From the NCBI GenBank assembly GCA_000165345.1, contig CM000435.1, forward strand, positions 800,001-864,000: a DNA stretch of 64,000 nt, given 5' to 3'. The notes under the pieces are model-generated. The model did not search any database and was not told the DNA's origin. It was given only the letters and a program-made list of their open reading frames with translations. The position numbers and the translations under genes were made by a program. Positions 39,162 to 49,398 of this stretch are shown here, piece by piece; positions within the stretch are counted from its first letter, which is position 1, and every line of letters starts with the position of its first letter.

Positions 39162-41546
39162 ATGAGTAGTTTTATTTCATACGAAGAAAGTGGAATTGAT
39201 GCATCAATTTTGCTCAATTCTAATAACTTTTCAAGCGTTAAATATGGGTTTAATACTTCCAAATTGGAGATACAAAACTCTTTGATTTCATGTAAAAAAG
39301 AGCTGCTTTCGATGAAAAACGAAGTATTGATCAACCTTTCCAATAGATTAAAATGCTTTTCAACTAAAGTTGAGAATTTGCCATCGATAATTAAAGAAAA
39401 AAAGGCAACCAAGCTTAAATTGAAAAATGCAATTCATATAGTTAATAATATCATCTCTCTGAGAAAATGCGATCAAGACTTTATATCATCCATGAGCCGC
39501 AAAGATTATGAACTTTGTGCAACATGTATTTCTGAATATTTAAAAATTAAATCTTCATGTATTAATTTTGAGAAAAAAATTTGCGAGAACTTAGATCACG
39601 GAAGGCAGGAACTCTATTTGCAGCTTCAAGAATCAATTGAAGAGAAGCTATGTGCTGGGGAGCTCGATAAGGCCATTTACTATGTGAAGTTATTTGTGCC
39701 TATGGGAATGCCTGAGGAGGGACTTGAAAGATACGTTAAATATATCAGAGGCAATATTACAGATATTTGCGTATCAATGTATAACGAAGCCTTAGCAAAT
39801 TCTAAAAAAACATCTGAAAAAGTCAACTATGCGGATATTTTTACAGGATTATTCGTATCAATAATTGATTGTATTAAAGAACACCAGAACAAAATTTTGG
39901 ATCTTTTTGTTACTATAGGCGATGATGAAAACCTAGATGAAAAAGTTTGCAGCCAAGCATTAGACAAAAATTATGTGATTTGGTATTTTTATACAGAACT
40001 GTTAAGAGAAGTAAATACTCAGGGATCTATAATAATAGACAAGTTTGAAAAGGAATATGAGATTTATTTGGATGATAAGTGGTCTAATATAGAGAATGTT
40101 GACATTATTGAAATGCATATTTCACATCGTGAACTGGATGGGTTTTTAGAAGAAATGTCACAAATTTGTCATTTGTTTTATAAATTTAAAGTTTATATGA
40201 ATGATCTAGTCAACTCATTTACAAGTATTAATTCTCAAACAAAAAATATTAAGAGACCCGAGATTAAAGTTGAAAATGAACAAATTCCAAAAGAAAATAA
40301 TCTTTTTATCAGGATTGATGAAATGAGCATTCAATATGTATCATGTGAATATGGATATGTTATGTATTCTATTAATCATGCTCTTAATACAACTGACGAA
40401 GTTTCTTGGGAAGATCAAGATTCGTTGATTTCAACATTGGTTGAAGACGTATTTTTCTTACTACATAAAACAATTAACAGATGTATCTCAATCGGAAATA
40501 TTAAATCTCTCAAGCTGATAATCGTTCATCTAAATCATATTTTGTTAAATGTGATTAAGCAAAAAATAGTTCAAAACCTTCAAAATTCGAGAGCAAATTA
40601 TGAAGTTTCTCTAGGGAATAGCAATGAAAGTATTTCAAACTTTACGTTAATTCATTTATTAGAAATAATAAAACAGAAAAATGAAAATTGCCGAAATTTA
40701 TCAAATTCTATGTATTCATGGACTCATTCTCTAAATAATTTGCAAGCTTGCATAGAGAACTTAGAAATACTTTCTGGAGCCATTACAAGAGATTTTGAAT
40801 CTAGCTATAGCGACCTAATATATTTCGATATCTGCATAAATGGGATTATCCTATTGGATGATGAATTCAATGAGAGTAACGAATTATTAGAAGATAAAAA
40901 CGCTACAATCGAGTACATCAATAAAACTATAGAGCAAATAATTTCTGAATTTAAGGTAATTCACGATCACTATTCAAAGATATCACTACAAATCCTAAGC
41001 AAAATTGGTATTTCTCCAATATTAATCCAGCTACACGAGGAGATATCATTTGACTTTACTGAAGATGAGAGCAAAGATTATTCATTAAACCAATCTTTTA
41101 TACCATCATTGACATCTTCTCTTAAAGTAATAAATGAACATTTGAAAAATTACTACAACAATCAAAGTTCGGAATTCATTCTTTCTCTTATGATCGAAAG
41201 AATTGTGCAAAAGATTGAGCACATAGTAATTAACTATCCTGAAAAGAAAAGGTTCACAATTTATGGCGCCCTTGTATTTGAAAATGATGTCCGTAATTTA
41301 CTATCATATACAAACTCCCTTCTATCTATAAGTATTCGACATAAGTTCTTAAGGCTACTGGAAATTTGTGATATTTTAAATATAACATCTCTTGATGAAC
41401 TTTCTGATTTATTACTAACTGATTTCCCCAGTCGAAATTGGCATCTGGCAAAATCAGATATTTTGAAAACCTTGTTTCTAAAACAAGACATTGATCATGA
41501 TAAACTTAAGGAAATAATTAAGAAATCTAGTCATTTCTTTAATTAA
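39162..41546 (+). CDS. Hypothetical 794-aa alpha-helical protein with an N-terminal coiled-coil-like region. It could be a subunit of a vesicle-tethering or similar complex, but that is speculative.
   Basis: Long uninterrupted ORF. Only its helical, Leu/Ile-rich composition is seen; I recognise no diagnostic motif. Confidence 0.5.
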   Translation: MSSFISYEESGIDASILLNSNNFSSVKYGFNTSKLEIQNSLISCKKELLSMKNEVLINLSNRLKCFSTKVENLPSIIKEKKATKLKLKNAIHIVNNIISLRKCDQDFISSMSRKDYELCATCISEYLKIKSSCINFEKKICENLDHGRQELYLQLQESIEEKLCAGELDKAIYYVKLFVPMGMPEEGLERYVKYIRGNITDICVSMYNEALANSKKTSEKVNYADIFTGLFVSIIDCIKEHQNKILDLFVTIGDDENLDEKVCSQALDKNYVIWYFYTELLREVNTQGSIIIDKFEKEYEIYLDDKWSNIENVDIIEMHISHRELDGFLEEMSQICHLFYKFKVYMNDLVNSFTSINSQTKNIKRPEIKVENEQIPKENNLFIRIDEMSIQYVSCEYGYVMYSINHALNTTDEVSWEDQDSLISTLVEDVFFLLHKTINRCISIGNIKSLKLIIVHLNHILLNVIKQKIVQNLQNSRANYEVSLGNSNESISNFTLIHLLEIIKQKNENCRNLSNSMYSWTHSLNNLQACIENLEILSGAITRDFESSYSDLIYFDICINGIILLDDEFNESNELLEDKNATIEYINKTIEQIISEFKVIHDHYSKISLQILSKIGISPILIQLHEEISFDFTEDESKDYSLNQSFIPSLTSSLKVINEHLKNYYNNQSSEFILSLMIERIVQKIEHIVINYPEKKRFTIYGALVFENDVRNLLSYTNSLLSISIRHKFLRLLEICDILNITSLDELSDLLLTDFPSRNWHLAKSDILKTLFLKQDIDHDKLKEIIKKSSHFFN

Positions 41547-41789
41547 TGAAACTTAACAAATTTCACAAAAATCTAATGCTAAACTTTTAATAATTTTCGT
41601 TAATTTTGTTCAAATAGTAGAATTATTAGATTTTTTCCCCATGCAAATTATGTGCGCTTTTAACACTAAAACGAGTTGGAATCTATCATGTAAATTTATG
41701 ACTAATGCCAATTATGGGGAGAGGAGATTAATTTTCTAGAATTTTCAAGCTGGTTTTTTCTTAAGTACTATTGCAATAAACTGTTAGCC

Positions 41790-43494
41790 ATGGTAAATGA
41801 TAAAGTACTTAAGAATGATCTTCTTAACGAAAGAAATACCAACTTCCCAAAGTTTAAGGTAGGAGAAAGAGTAGGGAGATATGTGAAAATTAAAGAAGTA
41901 AGTAGATAGCACTATTACAAAGCTAGCGATCTTTTATAAATATATTTTATAGGTTGGAAGTGGATCTTATGGAAAGGCAATATTAGTTAAAGATATTTAT
42001 AAGGGGAGAGACTACGTTATGAAAATAATAAATATTTCAAAGTTATCATCAAATGAGCGTAAAGATGCTATTAATGAAGTTAAACTTCTGAGTAGCATCC
42101 GGCATCCATATATTGTATGCTTTAGAGAATCGTTTGTTGAAGATGGATTTTTGAATATAGTGATGGAGTATGCAGATGGTGGTGATTTATTCCGTAAAGT
42201 TAATGCACAGAAGCAGTTAAAAAAAAATTTTCTTGAAAATCAAGTCGTCAGATGGCTTACACAAGCTTTATTGGGGCTTGCGCATCTTCATAATAAAAGG
42301 ATTTTACACAGAGATATTAAAAGCCAAAATATATTTATTTCCTACAACGGATTGAAAATAGGAGATTTCGGAATTGCAAAGGTAATTTAAATTGTATATT
42401 GAAATTTGGATTAAAATTGTTCAAATTCTCTTAGGTACTTGAAAACACCGGTGCTTTTGCAAAAACAACAATTGGAACGCCTTATTATTTGTCACCTGAA
42501 ATATGCTTATCGAAACCTTATTCGTGGTCATCTGACATTTGGGCTTTAGGGTATGTTGAGAAACCGATCATTTGTTTTCAGTATTAATTTGTAAAGCTGC
42601 GTTGCATATGAAATGTGTTCACTTAAAGTTCCTTTCGATGCACCTAATCTTAAAACATTAGTTGAGAAAATTACCAATGGTAAGTTAACTAAAAAATTAC
42701 TATTCTTAAATTATTCATTGATAGGGATTTTTTTACCGATTTCAAATTCATATTCTGAGGGTTTAAGAAGGGTTATTATGGACATGCTTATAATTGATTC
42801 TTCACAGAGACCTACGGTCATGGAATTATTAAAATATCCAATAATTGAGGTAAGAAATAATTAAAGCATGATGAATCGCATTTATTGATGAATCTTAGTC
42901 AGAGCTAAAAACATTGAAAAAAGAAGCATACGCAATTTGCAAAAGTAATATTAACGATTCTATTTTAGTTAGTAACGCAGCTTCAGTTATTGAAATAATA
43001 AGGTATGTGAAATATTCTTATTTATTAAACATTAAACGGTTTTTAGTGCAATACAAACCCACTCCACAAATATAATAACAAGATTCAATCATTTCAAAAT
43101 ATTCGATGGGTCAAACTGCGAATTAAATCATTTGAATAACAAAAATTACAATTTAATAGGAAATGACAAAAAAACAGAAAAGGTTGGAAGCGAGATCCCA
43201 GTCAAACCTTCCATGGAATACACATGCGAAGTTGGAAAAATTCAAGAAATTGATAATAATAGCGAAACTGAAGGAAATCATGTTTCTAATTGCAATTATA
43301 TCATAAATTGCAACAAAAAAGCAACCAACGGGTCAAAGAATTCATCAGATGTTCAAACCTCCACAACAGCTTCATACTCTTATGATGACAAGGACTCCAC
43401 TGCAAATACAAAACTTAATGAAATATATAAATCAAACCCTACTAAAGATTATTCAGTTAACTTGTTTCCATTTCAAGTCGAAACAGTAATCTAG
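41790..43494 (+). CDS. NEK-family (NIMA-related) Ser/Thr protein kinase. Seven-exon model: 41790..41897, 41953..42381, 42435..42550, 42597..42679, 42725..42849, 42899..43002, 43047..43494, giving about 470 aa. The C-terminal tail is Asn/Ser-rich.
   Basis: Exon junctions rebuild contiguous kinase subdomains. They give YVKIKE|[14 protein letters not shown] (Gly loop), [10 protein letters not shown] (catalytic loop) and DFGIAK|[22 protein letters not shown] (DFG and activation loop). They also give SSDIWALG|[13 protein letters not shown] and KITNG|[30 protein letters not shown]. All six introns start GTAAGT, GTAAKT or GTATGT and end AG, and each is 44-55 nt. The ORF-track entries 42019..42390, 42613..42864 and 43132..43494 (TTG-initiated) are exon fragments of this gene. 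The last two junctions are less certain. Confidence 0.7.
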
Positions 43495-43576
43495 TATTGA
43501 AAGCCAGCGCCAATATTTAGAGCGCAATGCTTCTAGAAAGGCAAAGCCTTAAAAAAATCACATCAAAATTTCAATT

Positions 43577-43915
43577 ATGGATACAATCTCAAATATTAAC
43601 ACAGAAAACGATAGCTCACAACAAGCAAACATTTCTCATTCTAATGTAGAGGAGTCTACTCAATCATTAAAATTCGTCATGCAGGACGTGCAGGAGCACT
43701 TCAAAAGAGCATCGCAAACAATACTAAGTCGAATCGATGAAATGGGTAGCCGAATCGATCAACTTGAATTTATGCTCAATGACTTAATATCGGAAGTTGA
43801 ATCATCAAGTCCAATGAAGCAGAAGACAGCTCACAATCAAAACGACTTAAACCACTCTAAGGCAGAAGTTAATGATTTAATACCTATTGAAAGCACGGAA
43901 CAGGTTAATAAGTAA
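43577..43915 (+). CDS. HSBP1: Heat shock factor-binding protein 1 (HSBP1)-like small coiled-coil protein.
   Basis: The core VMQDVQEHFKRASQTILSRIDEMGSRIDQLEFMLNDLISE is colinear with HSBP1 [42 protein letters not shown]. Confidence 0.6.
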   Translation: MDTISNINTENDSSQQANISHSNVEESTQSLKFVMQDVQEHFKRASQTILSRIDEMGSRIDQLEFMLNDLISEVESSSPMKQKTAHNQNDLNHSKAEVNDLIPIESTEQVNK

Positions 43916-44544
43916 TTATATTGTATTACTCACTTTGCAACTACCAAGTTTCCCACACCATTGTTATTTTGCTGATTATAACAGAAAGAAGTAGATATTA
44001 AGTAATTAATCTAAAGTATGCGTGAAATTTATAAGATTGGCAATTCAAAGAAAGATTTACTTATTACTTTACGATTCAATGCTTGGTTTATTGCGCATGA
44101 ATTTATTTAGTCATTCATCAGTTATTTATTAAAGATTAATGGATCCTAGCGCCATTAGACATGACTGACAAACTGTCGTAGAGTGAAATTTATTTCGGTT
44201 AATATATCTATGAAGACATATTATACGTATAGAGTTGTATTTAACTACTATATTCCAGGTTATTTGATATTACTCGTTATAAGAGATGCATTTGTATTGG
44301 TCAAGCGAAAATGCGGTAGAATTTAGAAAAAGAATAAGGGAGATATAAATGAAATTGGTTTAGAAACAGTAATCCTCTTTGGAGGTCAACTAGATTACGT
44401 AGAACTGTTCCTTTCATTTAATAATACCTATTACATTTTTTCTTGTCCTAGAGGGCGTATATGAGAATCCAGAGTTGGTCTCATAGGAGACCAAAAGCCT
44501 AACAACAATAAGGGCCTGAAAGTTGGATAAAAAGATTCCTTACG

Positions 44545-46335
44545 ATGATAGACGAATATGCTTATAATTTCCTTTTTCCATTCAGTTCTGTTGGATCTTC
44601 AGGTACCGCTGTTTCAGGTAGGACAAATGATCGATTCGATGATATTGATTCATCATATCATTCACTGGCTAATCTACGTAAGTCTGAGATTTGCACTTAC
44701 AAGTCGATTTTAAGAAATAACAGTAACTTAACCGATTGTGATTACTTTCGACCATCGGTTTCACAGCCTATTAATTCACAAAAAAGTATGCATGATATTC
44801 AAACAATAAAAGATTCAAGCATTTATCATTCTATAACAGATGAAGTTGACAGAGACATAAAACCTACTAACACTGAACCAGGGTTTATCGTTGCTCTTTC
44901 ATCCTTTCTAACACAAATTGCTACATCAAATTCATCAAACTCATCATGTAACGTCGGAGTTTTGACGCCGTTCCACTCAGTTTGCATACCACCGATTCCA
45001 ATTCGAGCATATTTAATTAGACTGGCTCAAAACTTTGGTTGTAGCAATGAATGTTTTGTATTGGCCATTATTTATGTCGGAAGGATTATCAAATTTAATA
45101 AAAACTTTACTATAACTTTATTGAATGTCCATAGAATAATTGTTACCGCACTTATTCTTGCAACCAAGTTTTTCGATGACATTTATTATAGCAATGCATT
45201 TTATGCAAAAATTTCAGGTGTTGGAACTCGCGAACTTAATTCACTCGAAATCCACTTTTTGAGACTTGTCAGATTTCAGCTTTTTGTTACTGAACACGAA
45301 TATGAAATATATAAGCGTTGTATTTTGAATTCAGCATTTCTGCATTCAACAATACCTTCTTTACCTGTAAGTATTTTTGATAAACAGGTTTCTGATGAAT
45401 TTAGAGGCAATCATCGAATAAAGGATATTAGCTTTATAGGAGAAAGAAAACGCCTATCATTACAAAATTCTTTCCCATATAACTATAATTACCCTGGTGT
45501 TTATAATTCACTACTGAATGGAGAAAAATTTGAGAGTCGCGACATACAATCTATGTTAATTGGTGATTACTCTTTAAGTTCACAAGCTCGTTCTACTGGT
45601 AATTTATACACTCAAAAATTAAATTCTTTTAATTCGAATGCAGATATACCGTCGAACTGTGATTTTTGTTCAAATCAGACATCTGAAATTATTAATTCGG
45701 AATTAACACCATCTTCACAATGTGCGCAAAATTATGGCCTCCTCTCCGAAAAGTGGGTTTCACAACAACTTACTTTTAGTAATTCTGGCTGCGTTCATAA
45801 CCAAATTCAAGATGAACTTTGTGCTGATCAATTTCGTGGCCTAGTTAAAGATGAGAGACTTTCACGTAAAGTTGATAAGACTTCATTCTCATCTGGTTCT
45901 AATGTAAGAAATGACTACCTTTCTATAAATCTGAAACATTCGTCAGCTTTTAATAACGGGTATGCGCGTACACAAATAGATAATTCTGAGCGTGCATATA
46001 ACGCAAATTTGAATAGCTCGAACTATTTGAGAGCCGAAATTCAATCAAGCGACTTAACACAACGCCGAATCGAAGGTTCAGAGATTCAAATACCTAACAT
46101 GCATCCAGAGTACAAAGGTATAGTTAATTTGAATTATAGTTCATACTCTAATGATTCTGGATATTATAATTCAGTTAATGCATCAGACATTAACGTATTA
46201 TCTACGACAGGCGTTATAACGTCATCTACAGTGACCTTAGTTAATCCAACTGTTAATCGTTATGGACAACACATATTTATGAATCCTTATAATGTCCGAT
46301 GCACTACTGGAATAGATCGAAGATTGCTTGTTTAA
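44545..46335 (+). CDS. PHO80-like (PHO85/CDK5-type partner) cyclin with a long Asn/Ser-rich C-terminal extension.
   Basis: The cyclin box IRAYLIRLAQNFGCSNECFVLAIIYVGRIIKF...LNVHRIIVTALILATKFFDDIYYSNAFYAKISGVGTRELNSLEIHFLRLVRFQLFVTEHEY matches the PHO80-like cyclin fold signature. Confidence 0.7.
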   Translation: MIDEYAYNFLFPFSSVGSSGTAVSGRTNDRFDDIDSSYHSLANLRKSEICTYKSILRNNSNLTDCDYFRPSVSQPINSQKSMHDIQTIKDSSIYHSITDEVDRDIKPTNTEPGFIVALSSFLTQIATSNSSNSSCNVGVLTPFHSVCIPPIPIRAYLIRLAQNFGCSNECFVLAIIYVGRIIKFNKNFTITLLNVHRIIVTALILATKFFDDIYYSNAFYAKISGVGTRELNSLEIHFLRLVRFQLFVTEHEYEIYKRCILNSAFLHSTIPSLPVSIFDKQVSDEFRGNHRIKDISFIGERKRLSLQNSFPYNYNYPGVYNSLLNGEKFESRDIQSMLIGDYSLSSQARSTGNLYTQKLNSFNSNADIPSNCDFCSNQTSEIINSELTPSSQCAQNYGLLSEKWVSQQLTFSNSGCVHNQIQDELCADQFRGLVKDERLSRKVDKTSFSSGSNVRNDYLSINLKHSSAFNNGYARTQIDNSERAYNANLNSSNYLRAEIQSSDLTQRRIEGSEIQIPNMHPEYKGIVNLNYSSYSNDSGYYNSVNASDINVLSTTGVITSSTVTLVNPTVNRYGQHIFMNPYNVRCTTGIDRRLLV

Positions 46336-46631
46336 TACTTTTAATTAGCTGTTTTTCGTATTATTTATTAATTTATTGCAATTACTAATTATACTAAATA
46401 TTTAAAGAATTATTCTCTTAACTAATTTGAATTCGGAAGAAAAAAATTTTTTTTCATATGTAGTAATAAGTCGACTGTATTTAATAATGTAAAAAGTTTT
46501 ATTTCGGACAGAAAATCTAAGAAGTGTCTCAAAAAAATTCTACTCAAATGACAAACAATTATATCTGAAATATAATGACTTGCAAGCTAAAAATAAGTTT
46601 GAAATGATTTAGATTGAAATTATAACGACAA

Positions 46632-49082
46632 TTAATTCATTACTGAAATTTCAATATCTAGCACTCTTCTTAATTGCGCTTGAATCCTCACAAGTGGTTT
46701 TAGTTGATTCTTTCTAAATTCCCTGCGTAGTTTGTATCTCAAATATACAGCTTCTAATAATTGTACAAGCGGCTCGAATGCAGCGAGTTTTTCTCGTTGG
46801 AGTTGTGCCATTCTTTTTGCTGCATCTTTAGACAAGAAAACCATAGTTTTACCGATTGCCCATGAATTCTTTGGTATGTTTGTACCAGATAACATCTTTT
46901 CAGCAAGGATCTTAGGATCTGTCTTTTTATCGTTAGCAGCTGACATATCACAGTACTTGAATTGATAAATGAACTCTGAGAATGTCCTTCTATATGAGAA
47001 ACCTAAGTTACGGAGTTGTAAAGCTTCTAAGATGGAGAGTGAGTGTAATTGAATCAAAACTTTAGATGCTAACCAGTCCAGTGGTTTTTTTGATTCGTTT
47101 GGCTTCACACATCTAATAAAATGAGGCTCTGTTTCATTGACAATGGACATAAGTGATCCCAAAGAGTTCATGAATTGAGAACCAATTAATTGTCCCTTGG
47201 CCATTTTACCTCTTTCAACAAAGACATCCTTGAATAGATCTGCAACTAATTTATTTGAGGATTTTTGTACAACTTCTACGAGCTCAGCCCTCAAGACATC
47301 CTTATTCTTGAACAGGAATCCAGATGCGCAGTATTGAATATCTCCAATTGTATGAGAAACAATAAAGTTTACATCACCACCAATTTTTGCTGGTTTTAAA
47401 CATGGATTGCTCTTAAGATTAGTGTATGCAGCAGATAGAAACTTTTCATCGCTTCCATTTGGAACTAAACATTGATCTTCCATTGCAGAAAGAATTGAAT
47501 TCTTTTTATCGCATAAAGCTTCTAGAACCATCTTGTTTGACTTGAACTCTAAGTTGGCTGCTGAGATCCCTTCACTGCTGTAAAGATTCTGTTCCTTCTC
47601 AAACACAATATCAGTGAAGTTCTTTTGTAAGTATTCGTTAGTTACATTAATGAAGAATTGCTCTAAAGAGTTGTTTTTGAAAACTTCAAAACCGAAAATA
47701 TCAAGCATTCCACAGAACACTTTAAATCCGGATGGAGGCTTAATGTTTTCGTTAAGATTCAAAATAATATAATCGAATAATTTGTCGTATAATCCTTTTG
47801 CAAGAGAATCCTTGAGCATTCTTGTCTCATCTGGCCTGAATCTTCCCTCAATAACATTTTTACCAGCATAAGAAATTTTGACAATAAGTTCCTTCTCTAC
47901 AATTTCCTTATCCAATTTGCAGAGTTCCATAGCATTATTGAAAGATTCTCTGCTTGAATCCGCAATTCTGGATCCTTCGACTCCTCCACCAACATCTTCC
48001 GGCTCAATCTCAACGTTTCCAAGCAATAAAATTCCTGAAACTAAGGAGAGAATGTCCTCAATTTGACTATCAGAGAGACCCATTGTTTTAAAACTCTGCA
48101 TGACATCCTTGAAATCCTGAACATCATCGATTGTCTCAACATCTAAACATTCTGGGTTAATAAATTTGTATTCATTCAAACTCTTAAGCTTCAACTTCTC
48201 CTTCAAGCCAGGAATAGTTTCAGCTCCCTTAATTAATTGATAGAAAATGTGATAGCTTCTTTCAAGACTTTCTTGTGTAATTACACGGGACTTTTCCAAT
48301 AAGAAGTTACGTACTACACCATATTCAATACCACCCATCTTACCTAATTGAAGTTGCATAAAACGACCAAATCTGGATGAGTTATTATTACGGGTAGTTT
48401 TTGCATTTCCAAATGCTTCAAGGACTGGGTTTGCAGCCATGATTGCATTCTGGATTTTCAAGTCCATTGTTCCACTCTTTGAAGATGCAAAGAACTTCAT
48501 TACGTGCTTTGTAGCTTCAGTCTTTCCTGCACCTGATTCACCGCAAACCAAAATTGATTGGCATCTTGAAACCGACATAATATTATCAAATGCCCTCTTT
48601 GCAATGGCAAATACGTGCGGTGGTAATTTTGAGACATCATTTGCATCTCTATAGTTTAAAATCACATCATTCCCTACAAGTCCAACATCTTTAAATGGGT
48701 TGATTGCAACTAGTAATGGATCCGCAGTAGTATATATTTGATTTACGAGATATCTCTGCTTTAGAAAGTCTAATACACAAGGAATGGAGGTGTATGGGAC
48801 TAAACCAATATCTGGATAGGTATTTGGATCAAAAGGTTCATTGGCTATAAAACAACTATCTATCTTTGCCTCAAAAGTAGCATTAGAATCAACTTCCTTT
48901 AAGCAAAGCTTCTCTGCAGTAGAGCCTGCTTGAACAATACACTTCGCAAAGAGACTATCCGGGTCGTTTAATACCGATGGTGCGGAGTCACACCAAACTG
49001 TCGAACCCTTTGCTGTTTTTGCATCAAATACAAACTTCCCAGAAACCTTACGAGTTAAACCTTTAACGTCCTTCGCACTCAT
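46632..49082 (-). CDS. Class XIV myosin heavy chain, MyoA-like: motor head plus a short neck and no tail (816 aa).
   Basis: P-loop GESGAGKTEATKHVMKFF, switch I NNNSSRFGRF, switch II LDIFGFEVF, and the SH1 region. Its total length matches tail-less apicomplexan MyoA-type myosins. Confidence 0.85.
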   Translation of the reverse strand: MSAKDVKGLTRKVSGKFVFDAKTAKGSTVWCDSAPSVLNDPDSLFAKCIVQAGSTAEKLCLKEVDSNATFEAKIDSCFIANEPFDPNTYPDIGLVPYTSIPCVLDFLKQRYLVNQIYTTADPLLVAINPFKDVGLVGNDVILNYRDANDVSKLPPHVFAIAKRAFDNIMSVSRCQSILVCGESGAGKTEATKHVMKFFASSKSGTMDLKIQNAIMAANPVLEAFGNAKTTRNNNSSRFGRFMQLQLGKMGGIEYGVVRNFLLEKSRVITQESLERSYHIFYQLIKGAETIPGLKEKLKLKSLNEYKFINPECLDVETIDDVQDFKDVMQSFKTMGLSDSQIEDILSLVSGILLLGNVEIEPEDVGGGVEGSRIADSSRESFNNAMELCKLDKEIVEKELIVKISYAGKNVIEGRFRPDETRMLKDSLAKGLYDKLFDYIILNLNENIKPPSGFKVFCGMLDIFGFEVFKNNSLEQFFINVTNEYLQKNFTDIVFEKEQNLYSSEGISAANLEFKSNKMVLEALCDKKNSILSAMEDQCLVPNGSDEKFLSAAYTNLKSNPCLKPAKIGGDVNFIVSHTIGDIQYCASGFLFKNKDVLRAELVEVVQKSSNKLVADLFKDVFVERGKMAKGQLIGSQFMNSLGSLMSIVNETEPHFIRCVKPNESKKPLDWLASKVLIQLHSLSILEALQLRNLGFSYRRTFSEFIYQFKYCDMSAANDKKTDPKILAEKMLSGTNIPKNSWAIGKTMVFLSKDAAKRMAQLQREKLAAFEPLVQLLEAVYLRYKLRREFRKNQLKPLVRIQAQLRRVLDIEISVMN

Positions 49083-49398
49083 ATTTATTCACGCTTTCCT
49101 AGTAATATTACAAAGAAAACTAATCAAAATGCAAATTCTGTAGTTACTCATGCAAATCTGCTATACAGCTTGCACTCATTTGACGATTATGTCTTACATG
49201 ATTTTAAGCGCTAATCTCATGTCTACAATAAAAAAAAATTATTCAGATTGAAATGTATACGAGGGTAATATTTATTTTTATTATGTAATTTGTCTATTCT
49301 AATGAATTTAAATAACCTTTTTTCTGCAATATATATATTTTCTATATTTAGATGACCTATTGAGTATTATACGTATAGTTATCTTTTGATAAATACAT

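Noticed and set aside
42019-43494. Treating 42019-42390, 42613-42864 and 43132-43494 as three independent small genes. The last is called with a TTG start.
   Set aside because: Their translations are consecutive kinase subdomains. They join precisely through GT...AG micro-introns into a single NEK kinase, and none has an independent ATG-initiated conserved N-terminus.
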